Shown piece after piece: positions 9,544-18,701 of a stretch of DNA of 64,000 nucleotides. Source of the stretch: an uncultured Verrucomicrobiae bacterium (GTDB lineage Bacteria > Verrucomicrobiota > Verrucomicrobiia > Chthoniobacterales > Terrimicrobiaceae); assembly GCA_963706955.1 (NCBI GenBank), contig CAVPOC010000013.1, positions 28,407 through 92,406 on the forward strand, read 5' to 3'. Position 1 is the first letter of the stretch, and each line of letters starts with the position of its first letter. Below the pieces are notes generated by a model that saw only the letters and a list, made by a program, of their open reading frames with translations, made no database searches and was not told the DNA's origin. The position numbers and the translations under genes are program-made.

Positions 9544-10704
9544 ATGGAGCACGAGGCGCTGGCACTTCAAGACAAGGGCGAGTACAAAGCTGCTGAAGAA
9601 CTCTTTCGCAAGTGCCTGGCCGAGCGTCAACGAGCCTTGGGCCCCGACCATATTGACACTCTCGCGGCGATGAACAATCTGGCTAATTTGCTCCACGAGC
9701 GCGGCGAGAATGTCGAGGCCGAGACTCACCATCTGCAAGCGTTGGAGGCCCGAGAGCGGACGTTGGGTCCTGACCATCCGCATACCTTGGCGAGCCTGAA
9801 CAACCTGGCTCTTGTCCTCCAGGCCAGGGGAAACTTGGCGGGGGCGGAACCATATGCACGCCGCGCCTGGGAATCGATGCGCCGGACAGCTGGACCGGAA
9901 AATCCCGACACCCTTAGGTGTCTGAACAATCTCGCCAATTTGCTCTCAGACAAGGGGGACTATGTGGCGGCCGAGCCTCTCTACCGTCAACTCGTTGACA
10001 CGCTCGAGGCCCAGCTTGGACCTGAAGATCCAGCCACCCTCGCCGGGCAAGGCAACCTGGCAAACCTCCTCTTACGCAAAGGTGACCCTTGGGCGGCAGG
10101 ATCCATTTATCGACGTTGCTTGCAGATTCGCGAGCGTGTCCAAGGCCCTGCCCATCCGGAGACCCTCCTGGCCCTCAATAACTATGCGGCATTCCAGCTG
10201 GAAACTGGTAGCTATGCCGAGGCCGAATATCTCTTTCGTCGCTGCATGGAGGCCCGACGCAGTGCCTTGGGTGACGATCATCCCGATACCCTCGCCGTCT
10301 TGGAAAATCTCGCTCGAACCCTCCGCAAAGCAGGCAAGCTTCAGGAAGCCGAAGCGTTGGCTCGAACTGGACTGGCCGCGCGGGAACGCGTTCTCGGAGT
10401 GCAACACCCGGATACCTTCGGTAACATGGCAACTCTCGCGGATGTCATGCGCGACAGCGAAGATCTTGCCGCGGCAGAGTCCCTCTATCAAAAATCGCTG
10501 GCAGGACTGGAAAGCTCATTGGGCCCGAGTCATCCGGAAACCTTGCGCGTGCTTTACGAGTATTCTGTGCTTCGGAAAAGCCAACGCCAGGAAATCGCCG
10601 CGCGACGCCTCGCCTTCCAATTGATCGCCGGCGCACGTCGCACGCTTGCTCCAAATCATCCCGACCGCATTAAATATCAGCAACTGCTCGATTCGCTTCG
10701 ATAG
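9544..10704 (+). CDS. Tetratricopeptide repeat protein (42-aa kinesin-light-chain-type repeats)
   Basis: About nine LGPDHPxTLxxxNNLA repeats. Confidence 0.92.
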   Translation: MEHEALALQDKGEYKAAEELFRKCLAERQRALGPDHIDTLAAMNNLANLLHERGENVEAETHHLQALEARERTLGPDHPHTLASLNNLALVLQARGNLAGAEPYARRAWESMRRTAGPENPDTLRCLNNLANLLSDKGDYVAAEPLYRQLVDTLEAQLGPEDPATLAGQGNLANLLLRKGDPWAAGSIYRRCLQIRERVQGPAHPETLLALNNYAAFQLETGSYAEAEYLFRRCMEARRSALGDDHPDTLAVLENLARTLRKAGKLQEAEALARTGLAARERVLGVQHPDTFGNMATLADVMRDSEDLAAAESLYQKSLAGLESSLGPSHPETLRVLYEYSVLRKSQRQEIAARRLAFQLIAGARRTLAPNHPDRIKYQQLLDSLR

Positions 10705-10804
10705 CTCTGATGTCGTTTAAAAAGAGGGCGAAAGCGGACTTTTGCGGTTCTTTAGGCGCCTCGTCCTTGACGCTTAGATCGACGTTCGTAGGGTACAAAT
10801 TGCT

Positions 10805-10963
10805 ATGAAGCCAACCGGGTTCAAACTACCAAAAAACGAAGTTGAAACTGAGGCTGAGATCCATGCCGAAGAAACTCGGCGTGCAGTTTCAGCGGCCTCT
10901 AAGGGCCGGCAGGCCAGGCCGAAACAGTCGAATCAACGTAGGAAAACCGCCCGCGGATCCTGA
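10805..10963 (+). CDS. Small basic hypothetical protein (52 aa)
   Basis: MKPTGFKLPKNEVETEAEIHAEETRRAVSAASKGRQARPKQSNQRRKTARGS fills the intergenic gap. TTGACG-16nt-TAGGGT lies upstream at 10767-10794. Confidence 0.4.
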   Translation: MKPTGFKLPKNEVETEAEIHAEETRRAVSAASKGRQARPKQSNQRRKTARGS

Positions 10964-11008
10964 CAGCTTAGGCAGTCAGTGATGCTAAGCGAGGTATCGG
11001 TCGCTCTT

Positions 11009-12091
11009 TCAGGAGGAGAGACGGACCGCCCGGCGCGTTGCGCCCCAGCTTCCCGGCCGACGCTCGAAACGCCCGGGTATGTAAGCACCACAGTCTTCGC
11101 ATCGATGATCGATCAGGTTCCACTCACCCAGCTGGTACCAATCGCGTTCGATGAGAAGTTTACCGCACCCTGGGCAGAAGGTGCTGCTGCCATCCGGGTC
11201 ATGGACGTTGCCGGTATAGACATAGTGCAAGCCCTTCGAGAGAGCTATTTGCCGCGCGCGGTCCAACGTTTGTCGTGGAGTGCGCGGCTTGTTGAGCATT
11301 TTGAAATCGGGATGGAAGGCCGTGAAGTGCCACGGCACATCAAGTCCAAGGTTTTCGGCGAACCACTCCGCGGCGCGATGAATCTCCGGGTCGCTGTCAT
11401 TCTCATCCGGAATGAGCAGTGTGGTGACTTCAAACCAGACGTCAGTTTCCTTGAGAAATTTCAGCGTCTCGAGCACCGGTGCGAGGCTGGCGAAGCAAAG
11501 TCGGTGGTAAAAATCCTCTGAGAAGGCTTTGAGATCCACATTCGCGGCGTCCATGTGCTGGTAGAAGTCGATACGAGCTTCGGGGGTGATATAACCTGCG
11601 GTGACGGCGACCGTTCTGACGCCCTGCTCACGGCACGCTTGCGCGACGTCGATCGCGTATTCAGCAAAAATGACAGGGTCGTTGTAGGTAAATGCGACCG
11701 ATCGGCAGCCATGCCTCCGAGCTTCACGGGCGATCTCTTCTGGGGAGGCGGTGTCGGCCAACTTATCCCATTCGCGCGCTTTGCTGATGTCCCAGTTCTG
11801 ACAAAACCGGCAGCCGAGATTGCAGCCGGCTGTGCCAAAGGAGAGCACGCTGGTTCCGGGCAGAAAATGGTTAAGTGGTTTTTTCTCGATGGGATCGATG
11901 CAGAACCCGCTGCTGCGGCCATAGGTAGTCAGGACAATTTGGTTATCCAAACGCTTTCGAACAAAGCAGAAACCACGCTGGCCTTCGTTCAGCTTGCAAA
12001 AACGCGGACAAAGCTGGCATTCCAAGCGTCCGTCAGGAAGGGGATGCCACCATCGACCGGGATAGTTGGATTCAGTCACAGATTTGGCCAT
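11009..12091 (-). CDS. amrS: AmmeMemoRadiSam system radical SAM enzyme
   Basis: CQLCPRFC...GFCFVR, DPIEKKPLNHF, CNLGCRFCQNWDIS (CxxxCxxC) and a C-terminal CPGCG..C..C. Confidence 0.93.
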   Translation of the reverse strand: MAKSVTESNYPGRWWHPLPDGRLECQLCPRFCKLNEGQRGFCFVRKRLDNQIVLTTYGRSSGFCIDPIEKKPLNHFLPGTSVLSFGTAGCNLGCRFCQNWDISKAREWDKLADTASPEEIAREARRHGCRSVAFTYNDPVIFAEYAIDVAQACREQGVRTVAVTAGYITPEARIDFYQHMDAANVDLKAFSEDFYHRLCFASLAPVLETLKFLKETDVWFEVTTLLIPDENDSDPEIHRAAEWFAENLGLDVPWHFTAFHPDFKMLNKPRTPRQTLDRARQIALSKGLHYVYTGNVHDPDGSSTFCPGCGKLLIERDWYQLGEWNLIDHRCEDCGAYIPGRFERRPGSWGATRRAVRLSS

Positions 12092-12935
12092 CTTTGTCTA
12101 ACCTTGGAAGCTTGATCGTTCTGGCCCGAGACAATATAGCCACGCTGTAGCCGACGCCAAACGGCCCTTCGTAGCTAAGGAGCTCACCCCCGGCTGCGGA
12201 AAACCGGAGGGCGGCGAGAACGACAAGCAACGGCGCAATTACATCTTGCCCCGCCGAGGTCTCTAGGTGGGGATCGAGCTGCAAAAGGTCGCGGTATGCG
12301 CCCCGCTTCAAGACATCCACGAGCCAGCAGTCAAATTCCCGTCCGCGCGGGTCGTAGCCGAGTGGGGCGCCGATCGTCAGCCGATGGCTCATGTCTCCAC
12401 TGGCGATCAGAGCAACTCGGCGGCTCGTGGATGCTGCAGCTTCGGCAATCGTTTCGCCAAGTGCGATGAGAGTTTTCCGGTCCGCGGAGTTTACAGCCAG
12501 GACGGTAGTTGGGCGATTCCAACCTGCTTCCGCAATAAACCAAAGAGGCACGGTCGCTCCATGGTCGAGCGAGGATTCCGTGATGGAAGCGATGTCCAGT
12601 CCGCGGCGAGTGCACAGAGTTGCGACTATGTCAGCAAGCATTGCGTCGGCGGGTAGATCGATGGTCCGGTGCGGAACGCGAAACGCCCGGAGCGATCCCC
12701 GCAGACGCTCGCCGCGCCAGATACCTACCGGTTTAGACATGCACGGCGAATGCGGAGATATTACGACCAGGGTATCAGCAGCTGCGGCGATGATTGATCG
12801 CGCGGCTTTACGCATCGCGGAGAGAGTCGTGGCGATGTCGTCGTGGCGAGGGCCGCCGACGCCGGGAATTAGGATAGGCGCGTGTGGCAGAAGAGCTCCA
12901 CAGACTACACTACCGGCAAGAGCAGAATTACTCAC
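12072..12935 (-). CDS. LigB/Memo-like (class III extradiol dioxygenase subunit B fold) partner of AmrS
   Basis: LLPHAPILIP, VISPH, LDHGATVPL, ASGDMSHRL and LSYEGPFGVGY. It overlaps the amrS start. Confidence 0.85.
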   Translation of the reverse strand: MSNSALAGSVVCGALLPHAPILIPGVGGPRHDDIATTLSAMRKAARSIIAAAADTLVVISPHSPCMSKPVGIWRGERLRGSLRAFRVPHRTIDLPADAMLADIVATLCTRRGLDIASITESSLDHGATVPLWFIAEAGWNRPTTVLAVNSADRKTLIALGETIAEAAASTSRRVALIASGDMSHRLTIGAPLGYDPRGREFDCWLVDVLKRGAYRDLLQLDPHLETSAGQDVIAPLLVVLAALRFSAAGGELLSYEGPFGVGYSVAILSRARTIKLPRLDKDGQICD

Positions 12936-12988
12936 GGAGAGGGCGCGTCATCCGTTCGCTGCCCGGAGCATGCGCGTCCGAAGGACGT

Positions 12989-13504
12989 TCAGGGACCTGG
13001 CGCCTTCTCTGGGGACTGCGGCAGGGCCAGGTTTTCCCCGCCCGAAGGAGAGCTGGGGAGCACCTTACGGATAAGTTTGGTAAAGCCACTCTCGGCCGCG
13101 TCTTGGTCCGCGGTCGCCTGACGCACCGCCAGTTCCCAAGCCTGGGCAAACCCAGGCGCCTGCTCACGCATACGCGCCACGGCCGTTTCCAAGATCTGCA
13201 GTTGGCGCGCTTCCGCGCGGCCAGGTCTTTGCTGGAGAGCCGCGATATTAACTCTCAGGTTTTCATTTTGTTCCTTTAGAGACGAGAGGTCCTTCTCTAG
13301 ACGATCATTTCCCGAGGCGGTGATTTTCAGATGCGTATTGAGGTGCTTTTGCAGCTGGTCGTGTTCGTCTTTCAAACGCTTGATCTCCCGATTCAGGTTG
13401 GCCTTGGTCGACAAGGCGCTCTTCAGGACAAAGGCGGCGATCAAAAGGCCGAGGCCAAGCCCCCAAGTGAACGGATGCGAGAGGACCGGCCAGACGGTTT
13501 CCAT
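12989..13504 (-). CDS. Membrane-anchored coiled-coil hypothetical protein
   Basis: N-terminal TM (HPFTWGLGLGLLIAAFV) followed by heptad-rich helices. Confidence 0.75.
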   Translation of the reverse strand: METVWPVLSHPFTWGLGLGLLIAAFVLKSALSTKANLNREIKRLKDEHDQLQKHLNTHLKITASGNDRLEKDLSSLKEQNENLRVNIAALQQRPGRAEARQLQILETAVARMREQAPGFAQAWELAVRQATADQDAAESGFTKLIRKVLPSSPSGGENLALPQSPEKAPGP

Positions 13505-13586
13505 GTAGCCACGTTAAGTGCGTCCGCTGGCATGGCAAACGAAAACCCTTCGCTGCCGAGATCGGCTGGCCGAAGCAAAGGTATCG

Positions 13587-14843
13587 CTATCTCGGGTCCG
13601 CGACGCGTCCAATAAAGAGGCAAGCTCCGCTTGGGCGATGCTGAATGGCAAAGAGGAATGGCCGGTCGACGCGAACCTCGACAGGTTTCGGTTTGTCCAG
13701 GTGGGCGGTGGCCCGCATCATGACAACGGCAGTCGCGGCGGCTGCTTCTGTTCCCTTCTCATCAATCTCGACGAAGGTTTTGTGAAAAACGTTGGAGATG
13801 TAGAGATAGTCATTCGCTCGCCGCGGCGCTATCCCGTTGAAGTTTGCGCTTCCTTGCGGGACGTCAAAGGCGCTTTCCATGCCAAGCGCTTCGAAGGTTT
13901 TTCTCAACGCGAAGAGAGGCGGCTCCAGCCTCCATTTGGGCAAATAAAGAAGAATTTCCTCAGGCTTCAGACGCGCGCATTCCGCCAGCAGATCCGGAGT
14001 CAATTTGCTTTCGAGTTTTGGGAGTCCCACCGCGGTGTCTGGCAAGAGCACGAGAAACTGGAGATCGCCACCTGTGTACGGAAGTGCGACGGCAACAAAC
14101 CCGTCATGCTTAGCGTAACCCAAGGCATCCTGGCGTCTCATCGTCGGCACATCCGCACTTGAACCGTCGGCAAAATGAAATGCGGCTGGGACAGTCTCGT
14201 TCTGTTTGAATTCCTCTTTCCAGGGAGCTTTGAGATAGACCGCATTGGCGAGCACCAGACGTGTGTCCTTGTTGAGCGCATTCGGTGGGATCAAATCGCG
14301 GATTCGTTCCCTCGTCTGTTCGGCGATCCAGCTGTTAATGTGCTTGGTGGCGCCGGCAGAATCGCTGATGAAATCGAGGGCTTCGAGTGGCGAGTCCAAC
14401 GTCTTCTTGAGCAGCTCGAGGTAGGCAGGTCGAAAATCGTATCCCCGTTGTCCGAATAGCCTGTTCGCAACCGTCAATGTAATCGGCTCGCTTGGCCCAC
14501 CGGCTTTCTTAGACTCGGCGGCGATCTTTGCCGTCCGCTGAGCCATTTCATCGAGTTCGTCCTGGAGCCGGGCAAAGTCTCTCACGATATCCGGATCGCT
14601 GGGCGGATAGTGAAGCACCCGGGCCATTTGCTGCCGGGTGTCCCCCTCAGCGCCGGCATAAGTCATCACAAGAGCGAGTTGAATCGAGTAGGGGGAAAAG
14701 GCTGTGTTCTCCTGGGGCGGCGCGGCGTGAGCAAGCAGATCGAGCGCCAGATTGTTCACCGCGCGAGCAGCGGTGGTCGACGGATCGACTGCCGAGAGGC
14801 AAGAAAGCGGCAGCAAGAGGGCGGCGACAATTTTGCTGTTCAT
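13587..14843 (-). CDS. Secreted serpin (serine protease inhibitor)
   Basis: FSPYSI, LVLANAVYLKAPW, hinge EKGTEAAAATAV and VDRPFLFAI. Signal-like N-terminus from ATG 14843. Confidence 0.95.
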   Translation of the reverse strand: MNSKIVAALLLPLSCLSAVDPSTTAARAVNNLALDLLAHAAPPQENTAFSPYSIQLALVMTYAGAEGDTRQQMARVLHYPPSDPDIVRDFARLQDELDEMAQRTAKIAAESKKAGGPSEPITLTVANRLFGQRGYDFRPAYLELLKKTLDSPLEALDFISDSAGATKHINSWIAEQTRERIRDLIPPNALNKDTRLVLANAVYLKAPWKEEFKQNETVPAAFHFADGSSADVPTMRRQDALGYAKHDGFVAVALPYTGGDLQFLVLLPDTAVGLPKLESKLTPDLLAECARLKPEEILLYLPKWRLEPPLFALRKTFEALGMESAFDVPQGSANFNGIAPRRANDYLYISNVFHKTFVEIDEKGTEAAAATAVVMMRATAHLDKPKPVEVRVDRPFLFAIQHRPSGACLFIGRVADPR

Positions 14844-14844
14844 G

Positions 14845-17067
14845 CTAGATCTCCTCGCGCAGGAGCTTCTCAATGGTTTGGGACCAGGCGGCGTCGAGGT
14901 CGGTTAAGGACCACCCGAATGTCTTGCCATCGGCCGAAATCCTTAGCGAGTCGGACTTGGTAACTATCCCCAAACGATGGGCTGGCACGCCGCGCCACTC
15001 GAGGAGCGCCAGCGCTACCGATGCGTTTTGTTTCTTCACAGAAATAATGATCCGCGATTGCGTTTCATTGAAGATCAGCACGTCGGCACGCAATCCGGTC
15101 TCGCCGAAATCCACCTCGGCTCCATGCGGCTCGGGTCCGCTCAAGCAAGATTCAACCAGGGCGATAGCTAATCCACCTTCAGAACAATCGTGCGCGCTCT
15201 CGACCAGGCCAATCTTTATCAAGGCGCGGACTGCCGCTTGAAGAGCTTTCTCGCGGGCAAAGTCCAGCCGAGGCGGAGGCCCCTCTTTTCGTCCATGCAC
15301 GATCTTAAGATAGTGCGACGCACCCAGCTCATTTCCCAGCTCACCAACAAGCAAAATCACATCCCCGGCTTGCTTGAAAAACTGAGTGGTGATGTCTTTC
15401 GAATTCTCGATCAGCCCCACCATGCCGACCGTTGGCGTAGGATCGATTGTGCCCGCAGGGCTCTCGTTGTAGAGGCTGACGTTTCCCCCCGTCACAGGAA
15501 TATTGAACTCTCGACAAGCATCGGCCATTCCTTCGACAGCTTCACGCAACTGCAGGAAATTTTCCGGTTTATAGGGGTTTCCGAAATTGAGGTTGTCGGT
15601 GATGGCCAGCGGGACCGCCCCTGAGCACGTCAAATTGCGCGCGGCTTCAGCAACAGCAATTTTCGCCCCTTCTCTCGGGTCCTGCCGGCAATAGAGGGCG
15701 TTGCAGTCCGAGGTTGCGGCGAGAACTTTGTCCGCCTCGCGCACGATGAAGACGGCCGCATCTGAACCTGGTCGCACCGCGCAACCGAGCCGCACCATGT
15801 GGTCGTACTGTCGCCAGACCCAGCGCTTTGAAGCGATGCTCGGATGGGAAGAGAGTTGGATCAGCGAATCGCGGACGTCCACCTCTTGAACAGAGGTGAG
15901 ATCAAGTGGCGGGGGAGGATGTCGTTCCGATGCTTCGCGACGATAAACGGGCGCTTCATCGGCGAGGGCGCGAGCAGGAATTTCAACGACAGTCTTTCCC
16001 TCTTCCTTGACTCGCATGAATCCGTCACCAGTGACGATGCCGATCTGCGCATAAGGCAAGTCCCACTTCTCGAAAATTTCTTTGACTCTGACTTCCTCAC
16101 CTTTTTTCACGATGACCAGCATACGTTCCTGGGATTCGCTCAGAAGGATCTCATAGGGCGTCATCCCAGTTTCTCGCTTTGGCACGAGCGAGAGATCGAT
16201 TTCCACGCCGGTTCCGCCGCGACTTGCCGTCTCACAGGTCGAACATGTCAGACCGGCAGCACCCATGTCCTGGATGCCCGCGACGCAGCCGCTCGCGAGC
16301 AATTCAAGGCAGGCCTCGAGAAGTAACTTTTCGCGAAAGGGATCCCCGACCTGGACTGCTGGACGATCTTCTTTCGATTCCTCGGTCAAGTCGCGGGAGG
16401 CAAACGCAGCTCCAGCCAACCCATCGCGTCCGGTCTCCGCCCCAACATAAAACACGGGATTTCCGATTCCCGTGGCGGCGCCGCGGGCGATTTGGCCGTG
16501 GCGCAATATTCCAAGGCAAAAGACATTCACCAGCGGATTGCCGGCATACGATTCATCGAAATAGGTCTCGCCGCCAATCGTAGGGACCCCGATACAGTTT
16601 CCGTAGTGGGCAATGCCCGCTACGACGCCCGCAAAAAGGTGACGGTGGGCGGGATCTGTGAGCGGACCGAACCGCAGCGAATTCAAACTAAAGACCGGCC
16701 TTGCACCCATCGTAAAGATGTCGCGAATGATGCCGCCCACCCCCGTGGCGGCTCCCTGAAAGGGTTCAATGGCGCTGGGATGGTTGTGACTTTCCATTTT
16801 GAAAGCCACCGCCCAATCATCGCCGATATCGATCACCCCGGCGTTTTCCTCTCCGGCCCCCACCAGCACCCGATCGCCACGGGTGGGAAATTTTCGTAGT
16901 TCGAGCTTCGAATTCTTGTAGGAACAATGCTCGCTCCACATGACCGAAAACACGCCAAGCTCGGTGAAGTTCGGCTCCCGACCAAGAATTCCGCAGATCC
17001 GTTCATACTCCTCGGGGGTAAGACCGTGCTTGGCGATCACTTCAGGCGTAATGAGTGGATCTGGCAT
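14845..17067 (-). CDS. purL: Phosphoribosylformylglycinamidine synthase subunit PurL
   Basis: [38 protein letters not shown] and HDCSEGG. Start placed at ATG 17067. Confidence 0.97.
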   Translation of the reverse strand: MPDPLITPEVIAKHGLTPEEYERICGILGREPNFTELGVFSVMWSEHCSYKNSKLELRKFPTRGDRVLVGAGEENAGVIDIGDDWAVAFKMESHNHPSAIEPFQGAATGVGGIIRDIFTMGARPVFSLNSLRFGPLTDPAHRHLFAGVVAGIAHYGNCIGVPTIGGETYFDESYAGNPLVNVFCLGILRHGQIARGAATGIGNPVFYVGAETGRDGLAGAAFASRDLTEESKEDRPAVQVGDPFREKLLLEACLELLASGCVAGIQDMGAAGLTCSTCETASRGGTGVEIDLSLVPKRETGMTPYEILLSESQERMLVIVKKGEEVRVKEIFEKWDLPYAQIGIVTGDGFMRVKEEGKTVVEIPARALADEAPVYRREASERHPPPPLDLTSVQEVDVRDSLIQLSSHPSIASKRWVWRQYDHMVRLGCAVRPGSDAAVFIVREADKVLAATSDCNALYCRQDPREGAKIAVAEAARNLTCSGAVPLAITDNLNFGNPYKPENFLQLREAVEGMADACREFNIPVTGGNVSLYNESPAGTIDPTPTVGMVGLIENSKDITTQFFKQAGDVILLVGELGNELGASHYLKIVHGRKEGPPPRLDFAREKALQAAVRALIKIGLVESAHDCSEGGLAIALVESCLSGPEPHGAEVDFGETGLRADVLIFNETQSRIIISVKKQNASVALALLEWRGVPAHRLGIVTKSDSLRISADGKTFGWSLTDLDAAWSQTIEKLLREEI

Positions 17068-17072
17068 TTTTT

Positions 17073-17223
17073 TAACCACAGAGGACACAGCTAACCACAG
17101 AGAACACAGAGGAAAGTCATTAGAGAAATGCACTTCAGGCCGTCTCTGAGCTTAAGACATGTGATCACGGCCCGAGTGACCTGTTTATCAGCAAACTCTG
17201 TGCCCTCTGTGTTCTCTGTGGTT
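17073..17223. mobile_element. Miniature internally deleted derivative of the GxxExxY repeat-flanked unit (MITE-like)
   Basis: Inverted CACAGAG arrays at 17073-17111 and 17196-17223. The minus-strand ORF 17091-17240 reads [34 protein letters not shown], matching three separate segments of the GxxExxY protein. Confidence 0.75.
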
Positions 17224-17242
17224 GGTCTTTGTTGAGGCATTT

Positions 17243-17677
17243 TAACCACAGAGGGCACAGAGAACACAGAGGAAGGTCATAGAGAGATTCGCTTGAGACC
17301 ATCTCTAAGCATTGGGACGTTGAAGTTGACAAGGAGGCCTGTCCGCAATCCGGTGAGCTTCAGATATGTGATCACTTGAGCATGGTGAATCGGAAGCAGT
17401 TGGTCGATGGCTTTGACTTCGATCAAAACCTTGTTGTCGACGATCAGATCAGCTCGGAACCCCATCTCGAACCGAATGTTGTGATACACGATGGGGATCT
17501 CCTTTTGAATTTCGACAACATGTCCTCGCGTGCTCAATTCATAGGCGAAACACCTTTCATAGACCGATTCGAGCAGGCCCGGGCCGAGTTCCTTGTGCAC
17601 GCAAATCGCTGAGCCGATGATGGCTTCAGTGACCTCTTTATTAAGAAACTCTGTGCCCTCTGTGTTCTCTGTGGTTA
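17243..17677. repeat. Inverted arrays of a 9-bp NNCACAGAG unit bracketing the GxxExxY gene
   Basis: TAACCACAGAGGGCACAGAGAACACAGAG (17243-17271) and CTCTGTGCCCTCTGTGTTCTCTGTGGTTA (17649-17677). Confidence 0.9.
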
Positions 17678-17681
17678 GCAT
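17277..17681 (-). CDS. GxxExxY protein (PD-(D/E)XK nuclease-like fold)
   Basis: VHKELGPGLLESVYE, FRADLIV...IEVK and AQVITYLKLTG..GLLVNF. Confidence 0.93.
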   Translation of the reverse strand: MLTTENTEGTEFLNKEVTEAIIGSAICVHKELGPGLLESVYERCFAYELSTRGHVVEIQKEIPIVYHNIRFEMGFRADLIVDNKVLIEVKAIDQLLPIHHAQVITYLKLTGLRTGLLVNFNVPMLRDGLKRISL

Positions 17682-17683
17682 CG

Positions 17684-18394
17684 TCAGGCGACTTGGCGCA
17701 GAGGGGAGGCGGGCCACTCGAGCATGCTTTGGAAAATGAGCAGGCCGTCGGTGCTACCTAAGAGCGGGTCGCAAGCTCGCTCCGGATGAGGCATGAGGCC
17801 GCAGACGTTGCGGGCCTCGTTGCAAATTCCAGCGATATTGTCTTTCGAGCCGTTCGGGTTTGCCGCCTCGGTGGTGCGCCCGCGCGCATCGCAGTAACGG
17901 AACAGCACGCGACCTTCACGTTCGAGATCGTGGAGAATGGCATCTTCAGCAAAATAGCAGCCCTCGCCATGCGCAATGGGAAGACGCAGGACGGTTCCGT
18001 TCCATGTGGCATTCGTGAAAGGACTGTTATGTCGCTCGACACGGACATGTATATGCTCGCAAATGAAGTGAAGCCCCCGATTGCGAACCAAAGCGCCTGG
18101 CAAAAGCCCCGACTCGCACAAGATTTGGAAGCCGTTGCAAATGCCGATGACCATCCCGCCGTCGGCAGCAAAGCTTTTTACAGCGCGCATTATTGGCGAG
18201 AAGCGCGCAATAGCACCACAGCGCAGGTAGTCGCCGTAGGAAAATCCGCCCGGCAGCACAACCGCATCGAATCCGGCAAGCGAGGTCTCCTTGTGCCACA
18301 CATAGTCCGCGTTGCCGCCGGGAATTGAGTTGAGCGCATGAATACAATCCTGGTCGCAATTAGACCCGGGGAATTGAAGGACTGCGAATTTCAC
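17684..18394 (-). CDS. purQ: Phosphoribosylformylglycinamidine synthase subunit PurQ
   Basis: [33 protein letters not shown] and MPHPER. Confidence 0.97.
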   Translation of the reverse strand: MKFAVLQFPGSNCDQDCIHALNSIPGGNADYVWHKETSLAGFDAVVLPGGFSYGDYLRCGAIARFSPIMRAVKSFAADGGMVIGICNGFQILCESGLLPGALVRNRGLHFICEHIHVRVERHNSPFTNATWNGTVLRLPIAHGEGCYFAEDAILHDLEREGRVLFRYCDARGRTTEAANPNGSKDNIAGICNEARNVCGLMPHPERACDPLLGSTDGLLIFQSMLEWPASPLRQVA

Positions 18395-18424
18395 CGTTAG
18401 GCCCAGGAGTTCACCGAGAATGGC

Positions 18425-18658
18425 TCACGGCTCTACTTCGAGTCGGTAATCTTCAATGATCGGATTCGACAAGAGGTCGCGTGCGATCTGATGAAGTTTA
18501 GTCTCATCGACATCGCTCTGGAGCTCGATTTCGATGCTCTTTCCCACGCGGACACGAGCGACTTTGTCGAGCCCGAGATGTTTCATCGCTTCGGCCGTAG
18601 CGGCGCCTTGCGGATCGAGCACGGAACGCTTGGGCATGACGGTGACGATGGCTTTCAC
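18425..18658 (-). CDS. purS: Phosphoribosylformylglycinamidine synthase subunit PurS
   Basis: VLDPQG, VRVGKSIE and LLSNPIIEDY. GTG start at 18658. Confidence 0.95.
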   Translation of the reverse strand: MKAIVTVMPKRSVLDPQGAATAEAMKHLGLDKVARVRVGKSIEIELQSDVDETKLHQIARDLLSNPIIEDYRLEVEP

Positions 18659-18701
18659 GCCACAACAATTTCGTGTCCTGCCTTGGCGCACAAGCCGATT
18701 A

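Noticed and set aside
17073..17271. Mini-CRISPR from CACAGAG repeats
   Set aside because: The 9-bp units alternate in orientation, and the intervening DNA derives from the GxxExxY gene.
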